Source: Raja brachyura (lineage: Eukaryota). From it: a DNA stretch of 64,000 nucleotides. The translations under genes and the position numbers were made by a program. The stretch covers positions 2,604,001-2,668,000 of the forward strand of contig OY740800.1 in assembly GCA_963514005.1 (NCBI GenBank), written 5' to 3'. Positions 1 through 14,014 of the stretch are shown piece after piece (position 1 is the stretch's first letter; each line of letters opens with the position of its first letter). The notes beneath the pieces are model-generated. The model ran no database searches. It was not told the DNA's origin and saw only the letters and a program-made list of their open reading frames with translations.

Positions 1-93
1 AAATTGTCCCGAGTGTGTAGGATAATGCTAATGTACGGGGATCGCTGGTCGGCGCGGACTGGGTGGTGCGCTGTATCGCTGAACTAAACTAAA
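1..93 (+). mobile_element. HE1-like (V-SINE) 3' fragment
   Basis: aaattgtccc...gatcgctggtcggcgcggact...aactaaactaaa, same as 3' half of copy at 29345. Confidence 0.75.
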
Positions 94-1035
94 TATCTAC
101 AAAACTGCCTGTTATTTTCCAAAACAGAAACTGGCATCAAATTTGGTATATTTGTAAAAATCTTGGCGCAATTTTTATTACGGCCAAGATTTTTGCAAAT
201 ATACCAAATTTGTTCAAAAGGAATTGAGAGCTTTGGGTAGTGGAGGTAAGTATTAGTTTATTATTTTCATGTATACCGAGATATAGTGAAAATCTTTGTA
301 ATCCATATCGTAAATGACTACAGTTAAACAATACTTGAGCACAACAGGTCATGCAAAAAGATAAATGAAACAGTGTGCAGAATATAGTGATGCAGCTGCA
401 GATAAGGTGCAAAGAAAAGGGTTGCAAAGAGGCAGAAGAGCTGTGTCTGGGACTATTGGTCAGGGCTAGGTCAGCCTGTGGCTGAGACAAGGATACTTGA
501 ACATAAGGGCCAGAAGGCATGGATGTGCTACCTGGATTCAGTGACCATGCCACCATTGCTTGGATTGTTGGTAGCGGGTGCTGGAACAACCTAGGTTGTG
601 TTTCTTTAACAACCTTAACATGTGGTCCATGAATAAAAAGCTTGGAGTTTTATGACGAGATTAAAAATGGCAGCTCTTTGTTCATGTGCATGTCACAGTA
701 GTAAAGATAACTTTTCAGAATCGTAATGAAATGCAAAGGATTTTTGCCATTAAACTATCCCTGAACCTAAAGTGAATACATGTTCTAAATCAATTATTAC
801 GTTAGTTTATCTGAGTTACAAGAAGCCACAGCCCAATGGAGCAGGATATTAATATGTATTTTGATATGGTATTTATTTTAAAACTGGGTTCAGCGTACAA
901 TGATCGGGTTGACTAGGAAATTGTAAGAAGAGACAATGTAGTTCTTCCAAAGAAGGCAAGAACTGTCAGTACTCACATTGCCTGATCCTCACCAACATCA
1001 CTTCAACATTGGATATTGAGAAAGCCATTATTATT

Positions 1036-1244
1036 TCAGCGGGACAAGCAGCATCTCTAGAGAGAAGAAATGGGTGACATTTCAGGTCGAGACTATTCAT
1101 TAGGCTGATCAGTCTGAAGAAGGGTCTCAACCCGAAACATCACCCATTCCTTCTCTCCAAAGATGCTGCCTGGCCCGCTGAGTTATTCCAACATTTTGTG
1201 TCTATCTTCGGTTTAAACCAACTTCTGCAGTTCTTTCCTACACA
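1036..1244. mobile_element. Penelope-derived fold-back repeat with minimal hammerhead motif (1114-1141)
   Basis: Inverted arms centred near ctgatcag (1105-1112); right arm matches tail of the PLE at 38100-38235. Confidence 0.8.
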
Positions 1245-1361
1245 CTAGCCATCAATATTTCATTGAAACCACACCATGTCCTGTGACTGGACAGTTTACT
1301 GGCCTGGAATTTGGTGATTGGTGTTCACCATCATCACATAGTGAGACTGACATCAGATTTT

Positions 1362-1455
1362 GGATAGACAGGAAATGCTGGAGTAACTCAGAGAGACAGG
1401 CAGCATCTCTGGAGAGAAGGAATCGGTGATGTGTTGGGTTGACACCCTTCTTCAT
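1362..1455 (-). mobile_element. Penelope-derived short repeat, single arm
   Basis: gatagaca...tgctggagtaactcag...gcagcatctctggagagaagg...cccttcttca. Confidence 0.7.
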
Positions 1456-1804
1456 ATTTGGGATATTTACATGCAGAGCTTAATGGAGTTTGGCCCACCT
1501 CTAAATGCTGGGCTGTTGGCTACAAACTCTACTGCAAACATGGAGAATCACTATTACTGATGTGAAATTGTAACTGTTTACTACTGCTCTCAGAAAATAT
1601 CTGAAGTAATAGGCATTCTATCACGAGCTGTAAGTGAGTTTTCAGTGGTATACAAGCCTGTAATTACTGTTTTGTGAGCAACCTGATCCTAAAAAAATGA
1701 ATTACATTAATATGTATTTCTATTCAACAACAGGAAAATTCCAAAAAATATTAGTTTTTTGATTGATTCTTTGTTTAATTCAGCTTCCACTTTAACATAT
1801 TGAT

Positions 1805-2305
1805 AACGATATAAACCATATAACAATTACAGCACGGAAACAGGCCTTCTCGGCCCTTCCAATCTGTGCCGACCATTCATTTTCCCCTAGTCCTATCTAC
1901 CTGCAATCAGACCATACCCCTCCATTCCCTTCCCGTCCATATACCTATCCACTTTACTTTTAAATGTTAAAATCGATCCTGTCTCCACCACTTCTGCAGG
2001 AAGATCATTCCACACAGCCACCACTCTCTGAGTAAAGAAGTTCCCCCTCATGTTACCCCTAAACTTCTGTCCCTTAATTCTCATGTCATGCCCTCTTGTT
2101 TGAATCTTCCCTACCCTCAATGGGAAAAGCTTATCCACGTCAACTCTGTCTATCCCTTTCATCATTTTAAAGACCTCAATCAGGTCCCCCCTTAACCTTC
2201 TGCGCTCCAAAGAATAAAGACCTAACTTGTTCAACCTTTCTCTGTAACTTAGTTGCTGGAACCCAGGCAACATTCTAGTAAATCTGCTCAGTACTCTCTC
2301 TATAT
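1805..2305 (-). mobile_element. CR1-clade LINE (HER1-like), 5'-truncated 3' end
   Basis: ORF 1893-2273 [29 protein letters not shown]...TRGH...FFTQRVV, typical CR1 ORF2 C-terminus. Confidence 0.92.
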
Positions 2306-5084
2306 TGATTGTTTTGGTTCAGAACTCTACTAGGTTTGTTAAGCTAATTAATGATAATGTGCTTTTTTCTTCATGAGAATTTGTTCATGTGTTTAACTGT
2401 TGTCCTATCTTGATGACATAACATAAGAAACCCCATTGAACTGATGTTTAACAGCAATAAATTTCAGTTTAACAGGAGTTCTCAATGCAGAAGTGAACAG
2501 ATCATTGTGAACTTTCTTGGAAGTCGTTGCAAATTCCGGTTCTTACATTTATCCTCCAGATATTTTGAGATTATATCCAGTTAATGTATACATTAGTAAA
2601 CCTGAACCCAATATTACTTACTGTGGTGAAATGGGAAGAAAGCTTGGGAATTACCTAAACACAGGCTGCTTTTGCAATTTAGCCAATAATTCCTTTGGCC
2701 AATTTGACAAAAGACAGTTTCCTTGGGCAGTGCCCAATTACATGCCTTCTACAGTTTTGTGCTTCTAATCTGTCCAGTAGGAAGGAAGATGCAGCACTCA
2801 GGGGGATGAGAAATGGGAGCAGCAGGACAGGTATAGGACAGGTAGTAGGACAGGTATAGACAGTAGTGACACTTAAGCCATATCACATGTGAACTCTGAG
2901 AACCAATCTGAGTCACTAAAATAAATGTGTATGCAACTTCTTGACGTCTTTAGCTCTTCGTCTCTTGGTTCAGCTGAGAAGTACATTCATGGAATCTGCT
3001 TTCTTCAGTTGGCCATTGAAATTGAATTATGGTCCTTTGTAAATTCAGGCCGCTTTAACTCTGATTCTCGCTATTATTCATGCGGTAGACCACATTAAAA
3101 TTGTCACTACCAATATTAAATAAGACTAGGAAATGAGGCTCGGTTTGACGGAGCTTTATACATTATAATTCCAGGTGGCTAAGGGTAATTTCTGCAAATC
3201 TGTGACATTTTCCTGACTGTGAGAATCACGCACAGTTAAAGAATCTTTCAAAAATGTAAGAAAACAACCTATGGAGCTCAGTAAAGATTTGTCTGTGTCA
3301 TTTCTTATCCCAAGTGTGCTTGGTTTTAGAATCAAATAGTTCTGTGATTTCAATGGAGCAAATTTCACCTTAGTTGAGGATGCGCACTGCTTAATATTTA
3401 AAACGCAGCGTGGTTTACTGCAGGGCAATTCAAATCGAATGGAAGGAATCAGTCTGCCGATTCACCACCACATTTACTGAGAACTTCCAGTGGACTGGAT
3501 GCAAATTGATGGCGTGTGATGTATGATACTGCGGACCACAATATTGCAGATGCATGCTACCATATTGGCTGTTGTCACTGCAAAAGCTGACATACCTCCC
3601 CATCCCTTTGTGGGTTTCCTTTGACAAATGTTGGAAGAAATTGATGGGTAAGAAGGATTTATTTAGCTGCTTCTCCCATGGCACGGCGTGCATACAAGAT
3701 CTCTCGAGGTTTAGCGGATTGTATACATATGATCTCCCTTGGGGTCCTGGGGCTCTGCATATGATATATTAAATTTCTGGGATGATCTAAGGGCTATGCA
3801 TTCAACTCATCCATTTCTGTAGCAGTCTGGAGAGGCTGCCCCTCGTTCAACCTGTCCTCGCACTATTCCCTTTAGAGCCTGCATATTTCCTTTTGTGTTA
3901 TAATGGTACTCACTAATTCCCCTTGGTGAGTGATTTCTCTCACCGCATCAGCCAATGTGCATTCTAAACATTATTTTAAATGAACATATGTTTTTTGCCT
4001 CGGGGATATCAAATGGTGAAGATGCAAATTTAATGACAGGAATGCTGATGTGAAACGTTTTTTATCGCACCATAAGAAGTTTCCAATATTTCAGATGATG
4101 TATATTTTGATCCGTTTGAGCCTTGGTGGAAGTCATCATCCATAAAGTGTGAAACACAGGAGTTTTATTCAAGAAGTATCATGAGATTTCCAAGCGCCTG
4201 CATATAAATTAACATTGCTGTCGAAATAGTCAGTAAGTTATATGGCTCTAACCAATGAATCACTCAATACTAATTGGCAAGAAAAAGATATAGAAAGAAA
4301 GGGTGGTTGGCTGGAGACTTCAACTGATTGACTCATTGTTGGCCACCAGCATTTCAAGCATTCATATGAACTGTAGTATTCGTTCATCTTTTTCCAGATG
4401 AAGGTGCAGGCTTCAGCAAGCCATTGCTTGATCCAAAGATAACGCATGTACTCCAGCAAGTGCTCCAAGCAAGGCTGCCTGCTGTGAGATGAGAGCCATG
4501 TTTGAAATCTATTTATGTGGCTTTCTTGCCCAAGGTATTGATACAACTACCGCCTGCAACACTGTGTCACTAAAATCAACATTTTTGATCAAACCTCAAA
4601 CTAGTGCCTTCATGCTCTCAGTTCCATTACCCACCACCACGTCAGCCTTCAAAAGTGAGTGTGTTGCATTTGTAGCAACTTGATTTGTTCCACAAGTTTT
4701 ATATCATTTGTTTTCCCACAGATCAGTAGGTGTGGTTATTGACGGTCCAATGGTGGAGCATGTGGTTTGCTGGGCATGGCACATCCTGCCTTCCCAAATT
4801 GGAGCATTTCTGCTCATCCATCTGCTCATCCATTGAATCAGGATTGCCAGTAATTAATAATCTCTTTCCAGTCAGTTGCTATTAATTGCTGCTAGAATCA
4901 AAAATTCCTTTACACTATTTATAACCTTTTTCCCTCTTTTCCTCCCTTATCTGCCCTAATCACTTGCTAATTGAAAGTAAATTGCATTCTTACAAAGTCC
5001 ACAAGGATATTAGGTGGTCCTGCATTGTATTTTCCGTTTATTTGTTGTGTTCTTATTGGTAAGACTGGTTGCTGACAGGCGAGA

Positions 5085-5760
5085 GGTTTTCCTCTCAAAG
5101 GGCAGCAAACGGACATTGGCATCCACTCCTGGGCCAACATCCCTGGTGTTCAAGACTCAGACGGAAACATAGGGCAAGCTGTATCACTCGCATATCTGAT
5201 TCCAGATTCCCAAATTGGACATTCTATTCTGAGTTAGAAAGAGGTTATGAGGTGTTCAGAAATAAAGATTCAAAGATGTGCTCAATGCCTCTTTGAAGAA
5301 ATAGAACATCCCCACTGACTTCCTGAAATCTCACGCCCATCGGAGGTTATGGAGGTTATGTGGCTTATGTAAAATGTCCCTAATGTGCAAAGAGTGAAGG
5401 TGTAAGCGGGATAACATCGAACTAGTGTGAAGAGGTGATCAATGGTTGGCATGGCCTGTTTCCACACTATCTCTAAATTATAACTAAATTAACTAAATAA
5501 CCACTCAAAAATGGAGAAAGAGCGTTTTGGGGCGGGAGTAAGCAACACAAGGCCATTCATGGGAAGCACAAAGAAGCATAAATGGAAAGAAAATCAAATA
5601 ACTAACAAATCAACTAATTCACAAAATCAACTAACTCACCCACCCACCTGTCCCATAAGTCACCACTTGCCCACCTGTGGATGAGACTGAGCTTCCAACA
5701 CCGTAAGCCAGCTCGGAACCCATGAAGCTCGAGGGGAGACAAAGGAACTCTGAAGTTAGT
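5085..5760 (+). mobile_element. Degraded RTE-like LINE 3' fragment interrupted by a CR1/SINE tail (about 5345-5495)
   Basis: Remnant peptide RISDSRFP..FYSELERG...RFKDVLNASLK resembles RTE ORF C-terminus. Confidence 0.55.
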
Positions 5761-6679
5761 CACAAAACGGGGATATAGAATTCATTTATTTTACATTTCT
5801 AATAACCTTTTTCTATGAATTTTTATCAAATCACACAACTAAATCATATCAGTCTTCAGCTTCTCATGGGGGTTGGGGGAATAGTTTCTCCATTAAGATT
5901 GCAGGCAATCATATCCAGACTTGTGTAGCTGGGACATATTGGTCGGTGAGGGCAAGTTGGGCCAAAGGCTTGTTTCCACGCAGAATGACTCTGTGGTTCT
6001 GTGACTCTATATTGAGTTTGTATGCTGGCAAATGTTAACATTGTTCCCCTTGACTATAATTATTCTATTTTATATTATAGTAGGATTTTTTTCTCCAATG
6101 TTTTCTCAGTAAAAGTACAGCTAATTAGGAATGGTGGAATGTGCATTCAATGAATGAGGAAGAACTTCACATTACATTTGTAACCTCATCACTTACTTAT
6201 CATCAAGTATTTTGCGTCTGCTGAATAAGCTCTGTGTGAAGAATACTGAAGGCAAACAGAGGGCTACAAACCTGGTTGTAAGTTTGGGAAAATGGAAGCA
6301 CTCTGAAGTGATCTAGTATTTATTTTAATCGACCGTGACTACATTCAAAGCAGTCACGAAGACTCCAGCCTTTCACAACGAGACTATTAGAAGTTTTTTT
6401 CCAAAAATAAACTTTTTGAGTTGCTTACGACTATTTAAAATTGGTAAACTGGAGATTTTTAAAAAATTGTTAGCTAACTATTGATCTGAGTTTGAATACG
6501 TGGATGTCTTTCAAACTTAATGTGAAGTCAGTCGTAATGCACAATGAGTTCTATTGACAGATGAATGGAAATGAAAGGCTGACCTTATAAGGTTTCTTTT
6601 CAAACCTCAGCTTATAGCAACGTGTCTGACTGCACTTTTGGTAGTTGGGAAGCGTATTTTCCTTTTTCTTTTCGTGTTT

Positions 6680-6946
6680 GTAGTTTTGAGAGATACAGTG
6701 GAAACAGGCCCTTCGGTCCACAGAGTCCGCTCCTACCAGCAATCACATCCTACACACACTAGGGACAATTTTACCAAAGCCAATTAACCGTTAAAATCTT
6801 TGGAGCGTGGGTGGAAACCAGAGCACCCAAAGAAAACACACGTGGTCAGGGAGAATATACAAACTCCGTACAGATCTGTAATCAGGAACCAACTGGAGTT
6901 TCTGGCACCAGAAGGCAGCGGCTCTGTCACAGTGCTGTTGTGCCAC
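6680..6946 (-). mobile_element. HE1-like tRNA-derived SINE
   Basis: Reverse complement of the 29345 copy (aaactccgtacaga, ggaaaccagagcaccc, acacactagggacaattt). Confidence 0.8.
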
Positions 6947-7175
6947 TCTGTTATAGGAAATATGATTTTCAAATTCTGCAGCACAAGATGCCATAAACAG
7001 TGGTGTGAAAATGGTTGCAAGATCAGTTTTAATGATATTGATTTGAACAAATATTGGGCAAGTACTGTAGTATACATTTTACCTAAACCTCTTAGCAAAG
7101 TGATGCAGAAAGTCACAGTTAGTATAACATTTAACAATTAACTTGTTTCTTGTTGTGGGTATTGCTGGTAATTTA

Positions 7176-8607
7176 ACATAGAAACATAGAAAATAGGTGC
7201 AGGAGTAGGTAATTCAATATGATCATGGCTGATCATCCAACTCAGTATCCTGTACCTGCCTTCTCTCCATACCCCCTGATCCTTTTAGCCACAAGGGCCA
7301 CATCTAACTCCCTCTTAAATATAGCCAATGAACTGGCCTCAACTACCTTCTGTGGCAAATAATTCCAGAGACTCACCACTCTCTGTGTGAAAAATGTTTT
7401 CCTCATCTCGGTCCTAAAGGAATTCCCCCTTATCCTTAGACTGTCACCCCTTGTTCTGGACCTCCCCAACTTCGGGAATAATCTTCCTGAATCTAGCCTC
7501 TCCAACCCCTTAAGAATTTTGTACGTTTTCTATAATTTTGTACGTTTCAGTCTTCTAAATTCTAGTGAGTACAAGCCAAGTCTATCCAGTCTTTCCTCAT
7601 ATGAAAGTCCTGACATCCCAGGAATCAGTTTGGTGTATTTTCTCAGATTTGGAGACCAAAACTGTACGCAATACTCCAGGTGTGGTCTCATCAAAATCCT
7701 GTACAACTGCAGTAGAACCTCCCTGCTCCTATACTCAAATCCTTTCGCTATGAATGCTAACATGCCATTTGCTTTCTTCACTGCCAGCTGCACCTGCATG
7801 CCTACTTTCAATGACTGGTGTACCATGACACCCAGGTCTCGTTTCATCTCCCCTTTTCCTAATTTGCCACCATTAAGATAATAGTCTACCCTCCTGTTTT
7901 GCCACCAAAGTGGATCACCTCACATTTATCCACATTATACTGCATCTGCCGTGCATTTGCTCAGTCACCCAGCCTGTCCAAGTCACCTTGCAGCCTCCTA
8001 TCATCCTCCTCACACCTAACACTACCCCACAGCTTAGTGTCATCTGCAAACTTGGGGATGTTGCATTCAACTCCCTCGTCCAAATCATTAATATATATTG
8101 AAAATAGCTGGGGTCCCAGCACTGAGCCTTGCGGCACCCCACTAGTCACTGCCTGCCATTCTGAAAAGGACCCGTTTACTCCTACCCTTTGCTTCCTGTC
8201 TGCCAGCCAGTTCTCTATCCACATCAATACTGAACCCCCAATACCGTGTGCTTTAAGTTTGTATACAAATCTTTTGTGTGGGACCTTGTCGAAAGCCTTC
8301 TGAAAGTCTAGATATAACACATCCACTGGTTCTCCCTTATCAACTCTGCTAGTTACACCCTCGAAAGATTCGTTAGACATGATTTACCTTTCGTAAATCC
8401 ATACTGACTTTGTCCAATGATTTCACCACTTTTCAAATGTGCTGCTATCCCATCTTTAATAACTGACTCTAGCAGTTTCCCCACTACCGATGTTAGACTA
8501 ACTGGTCTGTAATTCCCCGTTTTCTCTCTCCCTCCTTTTTTAAAAAGTGGGGTTACATTAGCTACCCTCCAATCCTCAGGAACTACTCCAGAATCTGAGG
8601 AGTTTTG
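7176..8607 (-). mobile_element. CR1-clade LINE, truncated, disrupted RT
   Basis: ORF fragments [39 protein letters not shown]; 3' tail (ctatgttt)n. Confidence 0.95.
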
Positions 8608-9499
8608 AAACATGTGACATCTAAACACTAAAACCATTGGAAAAGTTCAAATTAAAAGAGAAGGAATCTTGCATTCCTTATTGGAATGCACCAAAATACT
8701 AAACAACTAACACAATACTCTTGAAGTGGGTCGGTATTGTCATGTTGGAAATATTGCAGCCAATTTACATACATCCAGCTCCCATAACAGCAATTACCTG
8801 ATTTGTAGATACAGTATATTGAGTGAGGCTCAGTTACTGCTCAGCACCAGCTTGTCTCTTTGACATATTCATGTTCATAAGTGATAGAACAGAATTAGGC
8901 CATTCGGCCCATCACATCTACTCTGCCATTCAATCATGGCTGATCTATCTCTCCCTCCTAACCCCATTCTCCTGCCTTCTCTCCATAACCCCTGACACCC
9001 GTACTATTCACGAATCAGTATTGCCACAAGGTAATTATATATTTACTTGCAAGGTCAAGTTGAATATTGGTTTAATATCTTATCTTAATGCTAAAAGTGG
9101 CAGTTGCATTATAGATATCCAATATTTTTGATAACCTTGGTAAAGAAGCTGTAGTCATGTCCATTGACTTGATAGATTACAATGACCTTGTACTTTAATA
9201 GTATTTGCAATTATATAGTAGTTTTAATATGGGGGAAGATAGATGGTGAAAGACAGCAGTGATGACATTAACGACATGTGGACAGGTAAACGGACAGGAA
9301 AGGGTTAGACGGATATGGACCAAACGCTAGCAAATGCGACTAGGTTAGATGGGACATTTTGGTCGACACGAACAAACTAGACTGAAAGGGATTGATTCTG
9401 TACTGTATAACTCTCTCATTAAGAGTGGTAAGTATCAGTTTGGTTCTAGAGGTGGGTTGTCTTGTGGAAGGGCAGTCGGAATATTGAGTAGAGAAGTTG

Positions 9500-10068
9500 G
9501 AAGGAAACGTTGCAGTTGTGTCAGACGTTGGTGAGGCCACATTTATTGTATAATGTTCAGTACCAGACACCATGTTATAGGAAAGATGTTGTCAAGCTGG
9601 AAAGGGTACAGAGAAGATTTACGAGAATGTTGCCAGGCTAGGGGGTCTGGGCTATAGGGAGAGGTTGAGTAGGCTGGGACTGTATTCCTTGGAGCGCAGG
9701 AGGATAAGGGGTGATCTTATAGAGGTGTATAACATCATGAGAGAAATAGATTGGGTAGCTGCACAGTCTCTTGCCCAGAGTAGGGGAATCGAGGACCAGA
9801 GGACATGGGTTTAAAGTGAAAGGGAAAAGATATAATAGGAAAATGAGGGGTAACTTTTTCACAAGGAGGGTGGTGGGTGTATGGAACAAGCTGCCAGAGG
9901 TAGTTGACGCTGGGAATATCCCAACGTTTAAGAAACAGTTAGACAGGTACATGGATAGGACAGGTTTGGAGGGAAATGGACCAAGCGCAGGCAGGTGGGA
10001 CTAGTGTAGCAGAGACACGTTGGCCGGAAGGGCCTGCCTCCGCATTGTATCATTCTATGACTCTATAA
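9500..10068 (+). mobile_element. CR1-clade LINE 3' end
   Basis: LVRPH..., ERRRIRGDLIEVY, TRGHGFKVKG, FFTRRVV; ctatgactcta tail. Confidence 0.9.
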
Positions 10069-10699
10069 CTTTATAACAGACAGGCAATATGATTCGAGGG
10101 AATTGGGGGTAAGAACAGTTGAAGACACAGCTGTTCATAATGAGATGAAGAGAGGATGGAGATGAAAGGGAATGGTGACTATGTGGAGGTTGTAAGGGTG
10201 GAGGAAATACACAGAGTAAAGAAGAGGAGGGGATGGCAGTATAAAGAAGATGCAATATCTCAGATGCATGAGAATGGCTCACACGAAGATCAGAATTTTA
10301 TGTTGAAGATATTGGAGATTATGGAGCCAATAACGTTAGCTGGGTCATGCTGATGGATAGCTGCAATTGCTCCATGATAGGAAATATAGCGTGAATGAGC
10401 TGAAGTGTACAGAAAGTAAATGATAGAAAAATGCCAGGGAGCCTTGGAATTGAGAATAATAAGGATTTTAGTAGCAGGGAAACTGAGGAGTGGGTTCACA
10501 TGAGCAAAGTTACAAAGAAGAAAGTGAGTAATGATTGCGATTGGAACTTTACCATGAGACTGAGATGCATGAGCCATAAGGGTTTATGGTGGATTATGGA
10601 CAAAGATTCCGGATTTGCTAATTTTGATTGAAGTAAATTAAAGTTGATCTATGTCTATATATTGGACATTTATGGAGGGGTCCAGGAAGTCGAGGAAAG

Positions 10700-10895
10700 G
10701 GGTGGCACGGTGGCGCAGCGGCAGAGCTACTTGCTTGCAGCACCAGAGGCCCGGGTTCGATCCTCACTACGGGTGCTGTCTGCATGGAGTTTGTACATTC
10801 TCCCCATGACCTAGGTGTTTTTTCTCCAAGATCTTCGGTCAGTGTGGAATCGGTGGGCTGAAAGGCCTGTTTCCACACTGTGTTTCTTAGCTTAG
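10700..10895 (+). mobile_element. HE1-like SINE with internal deletion
   Basis: tRNA-like head ggcacggtggcgcagcgg...gggttcgatcct with A and B boxes. Confidence 0.8.
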
Positions 10896-11860
10896 AAAGG
10901 TAAATAGTACACAAATAATGTTTAAACCTGTGGGGCAATTTGTCAAAGGACAAGATATGGATGGTGAAGGGAAGGGACCTTATTAATACTTCCTCTGTCC
11001 ACATAAATATCTCCATTACAAATATAAATAATAATTTAACCTTCCTTCTTTGTTGTACCTTTTGACCATGCTGTTTGTCCTCATAGTTCCACAAATAATA
11101 TCCTCTTGCAAGCTTTGCACTATTTTCCATTAGTTTAGATTGATTAAATGTACAAACCTTTGCAATGTCTATTTGCTGAAGATGCAGATTTTATACCTAG
11201 AAAATTATCGTCATTTGCTGTTTTCCATTTATTTAAAAACTGCATCCATGTTCATTGTAAAACAACATGATAATTTGGCTTGTGCGTGTTAGGACTAAGA
11301 GCAAAAGAGCAATATATGGGGGCAGATTCATACACACGCCTATTTTATACTGTCTGTGACCTTTGAGTTGTACAGTATTAATTTATTTTTGGGCTCACTA
11401 CATTGTGCATAATATGGTGAACATATTCAGGTTCATTAAATGTCCTGAAATTTATTTCACCCATTAATGAGAGGTGACTTACAGTGCATTCCCCATCCTT
11501 TGATTGGATTCACTGTGTCACCTAGTTGCTCAAGTTGAGCCTGCCCACGTTTCAACAAATCTGTTTAATAATGAAGTGTATTTTACAATAATGCAGATGA
11601 TAAAATGTAGTTTACACAGTAATTTATCCCTACAAATCACAAAGTGTAAATTCAAAATGTGTATGAAGGGTAAGTTTGTATCTGGCTTCCTGTTATATCC
11701 ATCCTTGTTCATTATGTCAGCTATCTGGGATGTGCATCACATGCATTATATTGAAGATAACTTCATCAACAACTTAAAAAATATGAAGACCACTACCCTT
11801 AAATGCAATGTTCCACATTGTCTCAAGGCACAAAACGGTTTACAAACAAATTGTTGTTTG

Positions 11861-12710
11861 TAGAATAGAATAGTTTCTTTATTGTCATTGTAACATGAAC
11901 CATGTACAACGAAATTTAAAAATGTCAGCCAGTCAGTGCAACATTCAAACCATAAAAGCTAACGATACATACAAGGTGAAATATTAAAAAAGGTAAACAA
12001 CTAAAATAAATATGAAATATGAAAACAGCACGCATAAACACCCAACCCTACATCCTTCTGTCGATTTCACAGTGTACCAACCACAGTCCCTTAGTCCCCG
12101 CGTTCCTTGGCGGCTACATTTAGTGCCTTTATAGCAGTGGGGTAAAAACTGTTTTTAAGTCTGTTTGTCCTTGTCCTTGTAGATCTGTACCGTCTGCCTG
12201 ACGGCAACAGTTCAAACAGGGAGTGTCCGGGGTGGGAAATGTCCTTTATAATATTCTGGGATTTTTTGATGCAGCGGGAACTATGTAAGTCCTCCAAGGT
12301 AAGGAGAGGGCAGCCGACAATCCTCTGGGCGTTGTCAATGGCCCTCTGGAGCGCTTTCCTCTGAGCTGCGGTGCAGCTGGTGTACCACACGCATACACAG
12401 TATGTTAGGATGCTCTCAATGGAGCACCGATAAAAGGACAGCAGCAGTCTCTGTGTGATGTTATTCTTCCTGAGCACCCTCAGGAAGTGCAGTCTCTGCT
12501 GGACCTTTGTCAGCAGCGCAGAGGTGTTCACGCTCCACGTCAGGTCCTCCTCAATATGGATTCCCAGGAAGCGGAAATCCGCCACCCTCTCCACACAGTC
12601 CCCTCTGATGATTAGTGGTACGAGTTCTGTTTTGTTCTTCCTGAAGTCTATTATTATCTCCTTGGTCTTTAAGGTGTTCAGGAGCAGGTTATTTTCTCCA
12701 CACCACACTG
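11861..12710 (-). mobile_element. Rex1/Babar-like LINE 3' portion
   Basis: ORF 12091-12774 contains KTKEIIIDFRK, FRFLGIHI, QQRLHFLRVL, FYRCSIESILTYC, ELLPSGRRYRS, RLKNSFYP; (ctatt)n tail at 11861. Confidence 0.88.
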
Positions 12711-12729
12711 TAGTTTTGTTAAGGGAGTA

Positions 12730-13957
12730 TCTATATATATTATTAAAACTATCATCTTGTCTGTTTGTATGCATGTGTGTGTATGTGATCCTGAAACTAT
12801 GCCAAAACGGTACACAATAGCACTACAATATTTGGCCCACCTTATTCACTATTGCCCTGTGCTGTGCTGCAGTAAGTTCCGTTCAGATTGATGGTATATT
12901 TTACAAGTTATTCACATTTTAAACTTAAAAAAAACACTTTGACCAAATTCTCTTCCACTTCCACTGCACGTTAGCAGTGCATGAGGTCACAGTGGGATCC
13001 CAAATCTAATTTACATTAAAAATTGCAATTTAAAAAAAATCTGTTTCATTCAAATTCTTCCGTTTTCATTCACAATGATATCACAATGGGATCCCAATAC
13101 TAATTTACATGAAAACATCGCCATTTAAAACAAACCTCAATTGTAATCAAATTCTTGGGGGAGGTTTCATTTACAAAAAAAATCATGATTTTCATTGTGG
13201 GGGGGGGGGGGGGGGGGGGGAGACAGGGGAGAGGTTTAATTTACAAAAAAAACATTGCAATTTTCATTGTGGGGGATAGGATAGGGGGTAGGTGAGGGGT
13301 GGGGGAGCAGGGGGATGGGGAGAGGAGGGGAGAGGGAGGGGAAAGTGGGGGATGTGAGGAGGGTGAATGAGGGATAAGGGGGATAGAGGGAGAGGAGGGG
13401 GAGTGGGGGATAGAGGGAGACGAGGGCTGTTGGGTAGATGGGGAGGGAGAGTAGGGGGAGGTGAGGAGTGGGTGAGCAGGGGATAGAGGGAGATGAGGGG
13501 GTAGGGAGGGGAGAGGCAAGGGAATGGGGGAAGGTGAAGAGGGAGAGTTGATGTGTGAGTATGATAATGCATTTCGTTGTCTCTGTACTGTACATTGACA
13601 ATGACAATTAAAATTGAATCTGAATCTGAATCTGTGAGATGGGAGGGGTGAGGGTGGGAGGAGCAGTGAGGGAGGGAGTGGTGGAGGGAAAGAGGAGAGG
13701 GGAAAGAAGAGCGAGGGTGAATAGGAGGGGAAGGGAGTGCTGGGCGATGAGGGGGAATGGAGGAGGATAGGCGTAGGAAGAGGAGTTAGTTAGGGCGAGC
13801 CGCAGTTAGGGGAGGGTTGCCGTGACCTGCGTCACAACAGGGATCTCTGGCGTCACAATAGCAACCCGTCAGCCGCGCCTGCGCTGTTGGGGGCTATGGG
13901 TGAGTGGTGGAATGTTGCGTTGGGGGATCGGTGCCCAAACGGCTCCACTTGGTCTAG
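12730..13957 (+). mobile_element. Non-autonomous Helitron-like element, copy 1
   Basis: A|TCTATATATAT 5' end, GGTCTAG|T 3' end, no TSD; ends homologous to 34043-34654. Confidence 0.7.
13197..13790 (+). repeat. G/A-rich low-complexity tract incl. poly-G, inside Helitron-like element
   Basis: G run at 13199-13220 and many GGG(G) blocks. Confidence 0.9.
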
Positions 13958-14014
13958 TTCTTTCTAAAATGTAATTTTATCTGGAATGGACTAGAATTGC
14001 ATTTAAATATTCGT

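Noticed and set aside
13236-13607. Pro/Ser/Leu-rich ORFs on minus strand
   Set aside because: Translation of the G/A-rich low-complexity tract.
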